A model generated the notes under the pieces. It was not told where the DNA came from and did no database searches. It was given only the letters and a program-made list of their open reading frames with translations. Of a stretch of 56,340 bases of DNA, positions 40,601-48,787 are shown piece after piece. The position numbers were made by a program, and so were the translations under genes. The stretch lies in IMG/VR virus record IMGVR_UViG_3300020471_001437; one strand, written 5' to 3'. The DNA is from an uncultured virus (IMG/VR IMGVR_UViG_3300020471_001437) (lineage: Duplodnaviria; Heunggongvirae; Uroviricota; Caudoviricetes). How positions within the stretch are numbered: position 1 is the first letter of the stretch; every line of letters begins with the position of its first letter.

Positions 40601-42612
40601 TACATTTCACGGCGATAGTTCATTGAATGGTCCCAAGCAAACTTCTCTCTCTCCCGAGCAACCATTATTTCCCAATCTTTCACTACGTCCTTAGTAGGGT
40701 CTTCGCTTGGTGCTGGTTTAGGTGGAAGTGTTTCTTTGTGCTCCAACCAAGCCAAACCACCTGCTGTCCAACCCTCTTGGGTGTACTTACCATCCACCCC
40801 TTTGGCCTCCCTGCTATTCCACAAAGGCCTATCCTTCAGGTTTTGATTATATTCTTGAAGTCCAAAAGGCTCAATCCAATGAGCACCGGGGTATCTTTCG
40901 TCAACTACCTTACCGTTCTTTGCAGGCGGTTTTTCGGGGAAGCCCCTAATCACAAGTTCTCTTAGTCTTTCGATGTTTTCTTCGGTTACCTTTTCACGCA
41001 CAAACGTGTTAAGACACGATACTTTGGGCACACCTACTTCATTGATGGAAAGACCACCGTTAGCAGAAATAACTGAACGAATAACGTTGTTGACTACCTT
41101 TGAGTTTATTCTACGACGGAAGGCCGTCTTTTTGCTACCATATCCTGAAAGATTGTCAAGGATACCTGCTTTGATAGTTTTCTTCTGTGTACCTGCTCTT
41201 GTGCGTACCATCTTTGGTTCGAACATGCCAATTTTTTGATTTTGATTGAAGAAGCAGTGAGCAACCGCAGTGAATAGGTCTGCCACCCTTCGCGTCTGAA
41301 TCATACCGGGGTCTTGACCTCCTAACTTGGCTTCTCTCAAAAAGTGATTTATGCGTAACACATTGGCGTACATTACAGTAAGGTCGTTTTCCATCGGTTT
41401 ACCTGTTTGGAAATCTTCTTGCATTGGGCGAATGTTATTGGGTGCCACAGGTAGATTCTGAATCATCATGTATTCGGGTCTCATTTCAGGCGCGTCGAAT
41501 CCCATCAGTCGGGCATCGGTATCAGATATGGATTGTAGTAGCATATACACTGTCGAATAAGGGTAAAAACGGTCACCGCCAAGACCTTTTCTCGCAGGTT
41601 CAAGAAGGAACATCTTGTTATTCAAATTCCATTCGACAAGTGGTGACTTTTCTTTACAGAGGGGACAATCCATGTAAGGACCTTGGATTACACCTTGCTT
41701 TCTGATAGTTTGTTTAGTCAAGCGTCGAATACGAGCAAGTCCGTTAGGGTTTTTGTCTACTTTGTGAATTCTTTCGGCCCTCTGAAGTAAGTCATTGTAT
41801 GTGTCTTTATCCTCGATTGGTATCTTTCCACAACCATGACAAAACATATTCAATACATCTGTAAAGTCATTGGGTTGTGTGGATATTGCAAACAGTACGT
41901 GTGGAACCGGTTCTTCCAACTCAATGTGGCCAAAATGGCCCGGGCATGTTTGGTGTGGCTTACCGATAAGACTTCCTTCGCAGGTCAAACACTTCGATTG
42001 TCGCTCGCTTGCACCAAGATGACCATCTGCGGGGCCACCCGCTACGGGAGAAGGTTGCTTTGTCTGCGTCAAAATATTGTAATTCGTAACCTTTAGCACA
42101 GACATCTCTTCGATTTCTTCAGGCGACATCATTCTAATACCGACCTTTCGAATCACTTTAGAATCGGTAGTTACGGTACGTGGAGTCATAACCACCTTTG
42201 CTTGAAACTTCAGTGGGGTCTTGATGTATGCGCCTGACATACCGAGACTGTCAAACTCATCGGGATAATCTTCTGATAAATCAAACACTTCGGGAGTAGC
42301 AAAGAACCCTTTCGGTGGCTCGGGAATGACGCCTTCTTCGTCGGGGGTATCATCAAACTCACCCAATTGAACCTTGACAAGATGGTACATTACTTTCTTT
42401 GAGCGAAGCCCTTCAGCATCAGGGTGAGTATAGAAATACGCGAGAGCAGATTGCTCCCGTTGAGGGACAAACCTTCGAGAAGAACCTTTGATGTCGAGGT
42501 CAACTACCTGTATTGTTGTACCGTCTTCTGTCTCTATTTCGTAGATTTCATCTTTGGTAAAGTACCAATAGAACTGTGTGACGGCAATCGGTCCTTGCTC
42601 TTCTTCAAGCAT
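37672..42612 (-). CDS. rpo1: DNA-directed RNA polymerase largest subunit (Rpo1; A' and A'' in one chain)
   Basis: CPGHFGHIEL, RSVIS, RQPSLHRQS, catalytic NADYDGD (40399-40419), bridge helix DSGYL, trigger loop EPATQASLRTFHSGG. Confidence 0.95.
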   Translation of the reverse strand: MLEEEQGPIAVTQFYWYFTKDEIYEIETEDGTTIQVVDLDIKGSSRRFVPQREQSALAYFYTHPDAEGLRSKKVMYHLVKVQLGEFDDTPDEEGVIPEPPKGFFATPEVFDLSEDYPDEFDSLGMSGAYIKTPLKFQAKVVMTPRTVTTDSKVIRKVGIRMMSPEEIEEMSVLKVTNYNILTQTKQPSPVAGGPADGHLGASERQSKCLTCEGSLIGKPHQTCPGHFGHIELEEPVPHVLFAISTQPNDFTDVLNMFCHGCGKIPIEDKDTYNDLLQRAERIHKVDKNPNGLARIRRLTKQTIRKQGVIQGPYMDCPLCKEKSPLVEWNLNNKMFLLEPARKGLGGDRFYPYSTVYMLLQSISDTDARLMGFDAPEMRPEYMMIQNLPVAPNNIRPMQEDFQTGKPMENDLTVMYANVLRINHFLREAKLGGQDPGMIQTRRVADLFTAVAHCFFNQNQKIGMFEPKMVRTRAGTQKKTIKAGILDNLSGYGSKKTAFRRRINSKVVNNVIRSVISANGGLSINEVGVPKVSCLNTFVREKVTEENIERLRELVIRGFPEKPPAKNGKVVDERYPGAHWIEPFGLQEYNQNLKDRPLWNSREAKGVDGKYTQEGWTAGGLAWLEHKETLPPKPAPSEDPTKDVVKDWEIMVAREREKFAWDHSMNYRREMYAEDGLRPLRVGDIVARSVLPGDYVLFGRQPSLHRQSLNGLRVVPLDQHSISMNPAICVPFNADYDGDQMNIYVPGSIEAMNEIRDQLQLKDNVIHHRMGKLVIGTDHDQTSGVYLLTMKHKSKAGTYNPSVGLGFDEDGVPYFSRRMMNSIFSHVFHDSGEGEYEYILDYGEPDVKGKFYSGYRCISLLLPKGINARFKSGILYNPDGTMVLNEKGKEVKDETIILDGEVITGTLDRTFMGKEKGTLAPAFYYRFGYEEGSKEMHKFLDMLCRLGFAAHHALGYSMGVADCGLSSEQYEEVRSGYEESSAICAQINRDFADRNMQKYVDDENWLPDTQQVIKQQILDNAPYQFRGQLLDQVQSPWEESVTQAVSDISGSDNAMEIAVRSGGRGKKLNIQQMGAAYGQVRISGVVPTRGLESTMNGIQRQFAHYPLRGYEIEHPIHHGYVKNSYKSGMEPHEYFTICIAGRRSDMESSSGALQDSGYLANKVRRGLESLVVDSHGRTIDLRDGTIVSFKAGGDGFRGYSSKMVHRFPDGQVLNPQGLVEGDNEDFTIELQPFFFDFKCKHDVPLGMDCDECMKGSAHIDFFVDGFNSKWDNERLTNAVVDVLAKREVMKPVVRDMVSRLDWWATQNLVEVGEAIGSTAAGCLAEPATQASLRTFHSGGKGQGASVDRLEEVVEAVNKQNAKGKQIFTSVVLQPEYWNDEDAQSIANWASPVTIQEILEVVDYDPEARLCIFNVNMRRFREKEIDAGFMMRQVRRGLKAANAPKGEMIAEIQDGDSFVIRVDGDQRDMMNMRDFISLIQVSGIQQGGPTYVTKDGDAYTLLIDSAHPKVWEALTTLLPDFVQTDTIWCDNPHTVEQFLGLEAALGCVEEQLNFQMNGDGVGIGDYDYRYVRTIVDAMGITGKVVGVGPGQGMGPKAKNTFDAMAMEDMKRHLRAGVTMGNNSNMRSVTGSTIAGRVPLVGETMRRYS

Positions 42613-43195
42613 GTCTACACCGAACCCTCATTACCAATCGGCGGGTTATCCGGTGATGCTCTGTACCTTCCTTCGCAAACCTTGGTCTTTCCACGTCCGC
42701 AAACAAAAGGCTTGAGAGGTCCGTCACCTGTCCCGCCGGGACACTATCGTGACCCCTCCTGCTGACATTGCGTCGGGTTATCGCCTTGTTTCCGCTTGCT
42801 TTGTCATAGAGGGCCTCATCTACCGCTGTCCATGTAATCAGCATAGGTACTGCCGAATAGACCTGCGGGGCCATTGTGAATCTGATGTTGTAGTTGTTGG
42901 ATTGAAGAATAGAATCAAAGTAACCATCTCCTACGTCTGATGTTACCTCTATTTCCCAAACACCGCCTTTCTCACCATTATTCTTGATTGTGAAGATGTC
43001 CGCTATTGGTATGTTGATTCCGGTTCGGATGTTTGTCTTGATATTGTTCCCGAAATTGAACAGTGCGAAAGGTTTGCCTCCGCGTTGGAGTTTTACGTTT
43101 GTACCGTATTCTCCTAATTTGGACCAAGGTGCGTCACCCGGCACTACACTCCGAGCGTCGGATAGTCTTGCCTTGTTCAGATAGTCCATCGTCAC
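42605..43195 (-). CDS. Hypothetical protein in the RNAP operon
   Basis: 196-aa ORF overlapping the Rpo1 start. Confidence 0.6.
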   Translation of the reverse strand: MTMDYLNKARLSDARSVVPGDAPWSKLGEYGTNVKLQRGGKPFALFNFGNNIKTNIRTGINIPIADIFTIKNNGEKGGVWEIEVTSDVGDGYFDSILQSNNYNIRFTMAPQVYSAVPMLITWTAVDEALYDKASGNKAITRRNVSRRGHDSVPAGQVTDLSSLLFADVERPRFAKEGTEHHRITRRLVMRVRCRHA

Positions 43196-43206
43196 ACCCC
43201 AAGCGT

Positions 43207-43650
43207 TCAGTCATCATAAGGGTAACCTGTGGAACAGGTATACGCAAGAAGGTCAGCAAAATCATTCAGCGGGTCAGACGAACGAGGAACCCACTCATAG
43301 GTTGGTTCAGCAGGAAGTGTCAAGTCTTCTACTCTCTCAACCAAGTGTACGAGGTTTTCTGAAGAAATCTCATATTCCCCATTAAGTCCTCGCGCTACCA
43401 CTTCGTTATCACTGTACACTCTTATCCCTTGTACTTCGCCCTCAATGCGCTTACTAACTTCTTCCAAGCATCTCAATACAGAATACATTTCTGCGTAGTT
43501 GCTGGTTTGTACTCCAATGTACTCTCCGCCACAGAACAGGATGTTGTTACCATCAGTTACAACAAAACCTATACCGCATTCTCCACGACCCTTTCCTTTT
43601 CTTTTGATAGTGGAACCGTCTGTCCAGCATTCAAGGATGTAATCACTCAT
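43207..43650 (-). CDS. rnhA: Ribonuclease HI
   Basis: WTDGS, GIG, TSNYAE, YSDNEVV, WVPR, NDFADLLA (all four acidic catalytic residues). Confidence 0.9.
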   Translation of the reverse strand: MSDYILECWTDGSTIKRKGKGRGECGIGFVVTDGNNILFCGGEYIGVQTSNYAEMYSVLRCLEEVSKRIEGEVQGIRVYSDNEVVARGLNGEYEISSENLVHLVERVEDLTLPAEPTYEWVPRSSDPLNDFADLLAYTCSTGYPYDD

Positions 43651-43897
43651 ATGAAATGACCCTCCACGTCCGTTCGGTACCCAAGGTAAGATTTCTTCTT
43701 TCAATCTGTACGATGTCGCCAACCTCCATTCCTTTACCTTCTGCACGCATACGTACAAGAACAGGGTCAGAGAAGAGAATGCGCGGCATCTTTTCGATGT
43801 CGTTTACGTTGTTGTTACGCATCATTAGTTTGGCTTGCGCCTTGGTTAGAACGGTGTGTTTTGGAACTTTGGGGTGCGCAAGCGGGTCTGCCATCAT
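43643..43897 (-). CDS. rpo5: RNA polymerase subunit Rpo5 (RpoH / Rpb5 C-terminal domain)
   Basis: HPKVPKHTVL...MPRILFSDP...GDIVQIER...WRVI. Confidence 0.9.
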   Translation of the reverse strand: MMADPLAHPKVPKHTVLTKAQAKLMMRNNNVNDIEKMPRILFSDPVLVRMRAEGKGMEVGDIVQIERRNLTLGTERTWRVISYE

Positions 43898-43907
43898 ACA
43901 AGGGGAG

Positions 43908-44153
43908 TTAGTGGTTGGACATATCCCTTTCCCGTTCAAAGCGTTTGACAGCAATGAACCCCATCAGCACTGAAACGAGTCCAATATAGGCGAGTAGTGG
44001 TGTCAAACCGTCTAACCACACGCCTAAAACGAACGTCAAAGACCCAAGAAAGCACAATAGCGTGTCAAACCACGCCATCAAAGAGTTTTTTTCTCTCTCA
44101 TCGGGTGGTTCGAAGGTGGGTATTTTTGAAAATGGGTCGTTTACATGTCCCAT
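43908..44153 (-). CDS. Small membrane protein (2 TM)
   Basis: Two hydrophobic helices. Confidence 0.5.
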   Translation of the reverse strand: MGHVNDPFSKIPTFEPPDEREKNSLMAWFDTLLCFLGSLTFVLGVWLDGLTPLLAYIGLVSVLMGFIAVKRFERERDMSNH

Positions 44154-44683
44154 TCGTCATCATCGTCCTCGTCGTCCTCTTCACTTTTCTTAGAAGATGG
44201 CTTTTTGGACTTCTTGATTCCCCACTCGTCTTCGTCGTCATCATCGTCGTCGTCGCCGTCATCATCGTCGTCGTCACTTGCCTCTTCTTCATCTGACTCG
44301 TCATCGAATTGGTCCCAATCTACATCATCTTCATCTTCCCAATCGTCGTCTTCGTCGTCTTCGGGCTCTTCGTCGAGGGTGTCCCAATCTGCATCTTCCC
44401 ATTCAGGGTCCCATTCGTCCTCTTCTTCTTCAGGTTCGGGTTTCTTTGAAGCGGTCTTCTTCGACTTTGTCTTCTTCGCTGAAGAACCTGCGTTGTCTGC
44501 AAGGTCTACGTTAAGCAACTTGATAGATTCGTTCTTCTTCAAAGCAAGGCTCGGTTCGAGCCAGCCCGATAATTTGTTCTTCGCTGATTCAAGGTTCTTG
44601 CCCGAAATCGAAATGCTGATGTTGAAATCAAACTCCTTCATGTACCTGCGCAGGTGAGATAAGGAGATAAGTGAATCGGTCAT
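44141..44683 (-). CDS. Highly acidic, Trp-punctuated protein
   Basis: Long D/E tracts with periodic W and two K/S-rich patches. Confidence 0.65.
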   Translation of the reverse strand: MTDSLISLSHLRRYMKEFDFNISISISGKNLESAKNKLSGWLEPSLALKKNESIKLLNVDLADNAGSSAKKTKSKKTASKKPEPEEEEDEWDPEWEDADWDTLDEEPEDDEDDDWEDEDDVDWDQFDDESDEEEASDDDDDDGDDDDDDDEDEWGIKKSKKPSSKKSEEDDEDDDDEWDM

Positions 44684-44894
44684 TGGCGATAGATTGTTTC
44701 ACAAAACCGTTATAGGCATCTACTCGATGGACCTGTCATGGCGAAGGGCAACTCAACAGTCGAAGACGCCTTTACCACCATCAGAATACGCCGGTTTGAC
44801 CATGACCGACTGATGGCTCTTCGTCGTGCGAATGAGACGCATTGGGAAGTAATCCGTCGTCTCCTTGATTCGCACGATTTGAGAGAGGATTAAC

Positions 44895-45293
44895 ATGTCC
44901 AAGGGCGAAAGAAAAGTACAGCAAATCAAGAAAGCGTTCGTTGCATTGCACGAACGGGACAGAATCAACGAAGTTTCTATCAGAGAAGTCAAGAATTGGC
45001 TTGATGATAACACGCGTGACGGCATGACTCTCATGCGACTCGCTAACTTCCTATCAAAGAGACCATCATTCAAGATGGTGCGTAGAGAGCGTAAAGTTGG
45101 TACCAATCAAACCGAATCGTTTTGGACAATGCCTGATGTAATGGTGAGCGAAGAATACACCAAGGCTGAAAACACTGCAAGAAGGATTGGTTGGGTAACT
45201 GACTACGGTAGATGCTTTGATTGCATGGAAATGAGCAGTCTGAATGCCGATGGCGTATGTTCTAAGTGCGAGTGGAAGTATCCGACGGCGTGA
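44895..45293 (+). CDS. Winged-helix DNA-binding protein with C-terminal Zn finger
   Basis: SIREVKNWL...TLMRLANFLSKRPSF...W plus CFDC...CSKC. Confidence 0.6.
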   Translation: MSKGERKVQQIKKAFVALHERDRINEVSIREVKNWLDDNTRDGMTLMRLANFLSKRPSFKMVRRERKVGTNQTESFWTMPDVMVSEEYTKAENTARRIGWVTDYGRCFDCMEMSSLNADGVCSKCEWKYPTA

Positions 45294-45300
45294 AATGTAC

Positions 45301-45345
45301 ACCACATATGTGGTTCACACACGCATGTATAATGAAGGAGGAGGA
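45301..45345 (+). promoter_or_regulatory. Promoter/operator copy 1
   Basis: 14-bp palindrome ACCACATATGTGGT; TATAAT starts 27 nt after the palindrome start; then a purine run. Confidence 0.75.
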
Positions 45346-45810
45346 CGCTCCAACGTCGCTGAGAAGCAAAGACGTGCAGGGACAAGGACCCTGCCCTTCA
45401 CAGACCAATGCGGGTTCGTTAGAGCCCGCAGTCCTCTTGAGGCTTAACTTTCGAGTTTATTCAATGCCTCTTGAGGAATCGCAAAAGTCCTACCCCTCCA
45501 AGGGTAGGCGAAAAAAAAATCTCCTAAACGTAATGGAGATTACTGTAACGAGGTGGTAGAATGGGCGACAGCCCGGGGGCCGGCCGGTGGAAACACCGCA
45601 CGGAACGCCACAATTAGCAATACATACTTGAAAAACAGGACTGCGACTACGAACCACATTTAATTGTGGCATCCCGTAAGGGATGGAGAAGAATGTGCTT
45701 GTGTTCACGCAAAGGTGTCGTCCCGGGTCATGCCGGCGATACTGACACAAGAGGAAACTCGCGGGAGTTACGGTAATCGTTGAGATTACGCGTGGATTAG
45801 CATCCACATA
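45340..45810 (+). ncRNA. Putative structured non-coding RNA
   Basis: No convincing ORF; consecutive hairpins (GCAGGG..CCCTGC, GCGGGTTC..GAGCCCGC, CCTACCC..GGGTAGG, AATCTCC..GGAGATT) directly after promoter 1. Confidence 0.45.
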
Positions 45811-46269
45811 GGCCCAATGGGTCACAGATAGGGTAAAATCCTCTTAATAGGAGGTGTAGACGTCCCTTCGGCTCGAAACACTCATGCAATTGGGTTGCCG
45901 TAAACTATGACCGTCGCCATGACTTTCAAAGGATTGTCGGAGCGGCGGAGGGGAAGATTGCACTTGCCCCACAGATATAGCGCAAACAGACTATTTACTC
46001 CGGAGGTGATTCTGTCACCACCCCAGCGAATAGGCGCGTTGACTATCCCATATGAGGTTCCGATACTTGTATGGAGCGGACGTAAGTCCAACCAAAATCG
46101 GATAGAACCACAGCAGAAACAGAGGACCTCTTCTGCACTAATTCGGTGAGAATATGGTGGTTTGATAACGTCCTCGGTGTACACAAATCTACGATTTTTG
46201 CCGGTGAAACGGTAGAATGAATAGAGGCGTGTCAGGTAGGGTTTGGGACCATTGTAATGATGGTATGAA

Positions 46270-46305
46270 GAAATTACTGATATACGGCCGTATATTGGTG
46301 ATTTC
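46270..46305 (+). terminator. Long hairpin ending the first unit
   Basis: GAAATTACTGATATAC-GGCC-GTATATTGGTGATTTC; all three non-Watson-Crick pairs are G-U on the + strand. Confidence 0.5.
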
Positions 46306-46327
46306 CTCGTAGTACAGAAAAAAGTGC

Positions 46328-46375
46328 ACCACATATGTGGTTCACACACACATGTATAATGAAGAAGGAGAGGGG
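46328..46375 (+). promoter_or_regulatory. Promoter/operator copy 2
   Basis: ACCACATATGTGGT at 46328, TATAAT at 46355. Confidence 0.75.
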
Positions 46376-46660
46376 AATAACCCAAAGAGGCCCCCCTAAG
46401 AGACACAAAACTTCTTCACAGATTGGCACCCATGATTGGGTTTTGTTGATAGTCAAGAGGGATTACGATTGAACACTTGTGTTCATGAATAGTCCAGCCG
46501 AGATGATTGAGCACTTGTGTTCTTTCATCAAAGCAACTCTTGAAAGGAGAAATTCATGATTGGGTGTCATCACAAATCAAACACAGATTTGATAGATAAC
46601 AACTAAGCCGATGGTCACTTCATACATGTATGACGTGACTGTCGGCTTTACTTTTTTTGT
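46370..46660 (+). ncRNA. Putative ~290-nt structured RNA with terminator-like end
   Basis: GGCACCCA/TGGGTGTC and TCAAGAG/CTCTTGA enclose two copies of GATTGA(A/G)CACTTGTGTTC; long G-U-containing hairpin at 46605-46648 followed by a T run. Confidence 0.55.
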
Positions 46661-46823
46661 GAAGACCATGAGTAGCGATTACTCCGTTTCGCGGATGGAA
46701 CCTATGGGCGAGAGATGGATTTCTCTACGACCCCATAGCAGGTGACGAGACGTAGGCAGAATGGAACTGCCATGGAGACATGCCTGCCCTAAACCAAATT
46801 ACCTTCACATAGTAATACAATAG

Positions 46824-46894
46824 ACTGCATCAAAGGAGGTGATATATTTGATTAGCAGTGTTTGGGGGTGTCTCAATAGCGGCGAGGCACCCCC
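46824..46894 (+). ncRNA. SD-in-loop hairpin + GC hairpin, copy 1
   Basis: ACTGCATCAAA/TTTGATTAGCAGT stem with loop GGAGGTGATATA; then GGGGGTGTCTC/GAGGCACCCCC. Confidence 0.6.
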
Positions 46895-47018
46895 TTAGAG
46901 CCTAAGACCACACATCGTAAAATATTCAGTCCCGCCAACCTTGAATATTGGCCTGCGCGCAGGTTGATGGTAGGAACAGAAAAAAGCCGGATAGAAAAGG
47001 ACCGGTTGTAGAGTTAAC

Positions 47019-47150
47019 ATGTCGAAGAAGTCAAATTCTAAGGCGGTCAAGAAAGTGGAAGTCCGAAAGGAAAGGAACAAGGCTCCGAACCTTGTTCCTT
47101 ACTGCGGTCAGTGCTTCCACGGGATTGACCACAAATGCAACTTGCAGTAG
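47019..47150 (+). CDS. Small basic Zn-binding protein (43 aa)
   Basis: MSKKSNSK...YCGQCFHGIDHKC. Confidence 0.45.
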   Translation: MSKKSNSKAVKKVEVRKERNKAPNLVPYCGQCFHGIDHKCNLQ

Positions 47151-47205
47151 CGGTTCGGAACCGAATGCTGTTTGTTACGGGACGTAATGCGTCCCACAGA
47201 GAAAC

Positions 47206-47457
47206 ATGGGTTCGCGTAAAGCAAATCCGTACGACCCTCTTTGGAAGGCCCTCCGGGCTGAAGGATTGGAGCACGTTGGCCGCAAGGCTATCGCGCTTCT
47301 TCCTCCGGCTCCGGTCGTTGCTTCTAAGGCTAAGAAAGGTGTGGAAGAGCGTGTCTCTTTCAACATCTGCCATATGTCTTGGAACTTCGATTCTTGGGCT
47401 TTGCTTGAGGAGTTCATGCCCACCCTTGTGGTGTGCGTGGCTTCCATGTTCGATTGA
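47206..47457 (+). CDS. Hypothetical protein
   Basis: Preceded by the hairpin-ACAG element at 47179. Confidence 0.5.
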   Translation: MGSRKANPYDPLWKALRAEGLEHVGRKAIALLPPAPVVASKAKKGVEERVSFNICHMSWNFDSWALLEEFMPTLVVCVASMFD

Positions 47458-47740
47458 ACATGAGTAGGGTTGTACAGAACCGCCTGTACAACAGTGTCTT
47501 CGGACACTGCGGGAGCGGTACTTCGGCTGAAATGGTAGTCAGTACGAAGGGGCACGGCGACTTCCTGCCCGCAAGTTATTTAGTCTACGAAAACGTATAC
47601 TTGCGAAAACATACCCGATGAATAAAAACAGTGCGCGAAAAACAGTACAAGTTCATCGTATCGCCGTAAGGTGGAACTGCCGTAGTGTAACAACCGGTAG
47701 ATGCGAGAAAGAGCAGGGTTAGTGCCTGCGATTACAAGAA

Positions 47741-47828
47741 ACTGTAAGCAAACATTACTACAAGGAGGTGACAATTTGTTTAGCAGTGTTCGGGGAGCGT
47801 CTCATGCCCGTGCGGCGAGGCGTTCCCC
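47741..47828 (+). ncRNA. SD-in-loop hairpin + GC hairpin, copy 2
   Basis: ACTGTAAGCAAA/TTTGTTTAGCAGT stem with AAGGAGGTGA in the loop; then GGGGAGCGTCTC/GAGGCGTTCCCC (compensatory versus copy 1). Confidence 0.6.
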
Positions 47829-47904
47829 TCAATTCGAGGCGATTAAGAATCGCCATCACGCATTCCCGTCGGGAATGCTTTTCACGGTGCTGGATAGCAC
47901 CAAC

Positions 47905-47935
47905 GGGCCACCTTCGGGTGGCCCAACTTTATTTT
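47905..47935 (+). terminator. UUCG hairpin followed by a T-rich tract
   Basis: GGGCCACC-TTCG-GGTGGCCC-AACTTTATTTT. Confidence 0.45.
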
Positions 47936-48165
47936 ACAGAGGGCCGTAAAGGCCACAGATGTCAGGAATACCTGAATATTTTCTCGCACGAAAGCGTGAT
48001 TGGCGAACCAAGGACCTCAAGCCCACTGACAATTGGGACGAGGCTACACTCCTTTGGGACGCTGGCGAATACGTGCGAATCGTGAAGCCCGGTGATACAT
48101 ATGACCGGCTTCAACAGTTCATCAACTCTCAATCTTGATGAAACAACGGCCTCATGGGCCATAGA

Positions 48166-48465
48166 ATGCAATTCAAGGATTGTATCAAGCGAGTTGTTCG
48201 TACACACGACATCGGACAGTTGCGAAAGGAGTACATCGTACTCCACGACGGTAACCGCTTTGCGTTGAAGCATGTTGACGAGTTCGTTCGTCAGTTCATT
48301 CTTTCCAACGCGAAGAAGGTATACACTGCTCACTTCGAGCACGTAGCACGCAAGAACGCGAACACTCTGCCTATGAAGCAGATGTGTTCCGCTTGCAATG
48401 CGGCTCGAAACGGGCAGTATGCCGTCGCTCGCGACACGCTGAAACGCTACGGCATTTCAGCATGA
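48166..48465 (+). CDS. Hypothetical protein
   Basis: ATG directly after hairpin-ATAGA. Confidence 0.55.
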   Translation: MQFKDCIKRVVRTHDIGQLRKEYIVLHDGNRFALKHVDEFVRQFILSNAKKVYTAHFEHVARKNANTLPMKQMCSACNAARNGQYAVARDTLKRYGISA

Positions 48466-48571
48466 TGTTGGGTGGAGACAATGTGTCACCGAGTGCTTGG
48501 GTGACAGCCACAGTTGGAGTTGAAAGACGAAGATTGTGATAAACGAGCACATTCGGACCTATGGTCCACAG

Positions 48572-48787
48572 ATGTTGTCTGAAGATGATGTTACACAGCA
48601 TGTATGCTTTCATCGCCCAATCAAGGGCGAGGCATACACAATATGCGGACACACATACACGGGAAGGCATGTACCATTTGCTAACCGAGTAAAGTGCCCG
48701 ACATGTGGCAAGACGGGAACCATTCAATTGGTTAAACCCAACTATGTGATGGAGAAGTATACGAAATTGTATTCATCTCTGTCTTGA
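48572..48787 (+). CDS. Small Zn-ribbon protein
   Basis: ICGH...CPTCG; ATG after hairpin-ACAG. Confidence 0.55.
   Translation: MLSEDDVTQHVCFHRPIKGEAYTICGHTYTGRHVPFANRVKCPTCGKTGTIQLVKPNYVMEKYTKLYSSLS

Noticed and set aside
37672..42612. Cellular chromosome or Nucleocytoviricota origin because of the fused Rpo1
   Set aside because: There are no flanking rpo2 or ribosomal genes as in archaeal operons. SD-led operons, serine recombinases and the short archaeal-type Rpo5 argue against a eukaryotic giant virus.
44145..44657. Poly-Ser ORF on the + strand
   Set aside because: It is the antisense shadow of the acidic protein 44141-44683.
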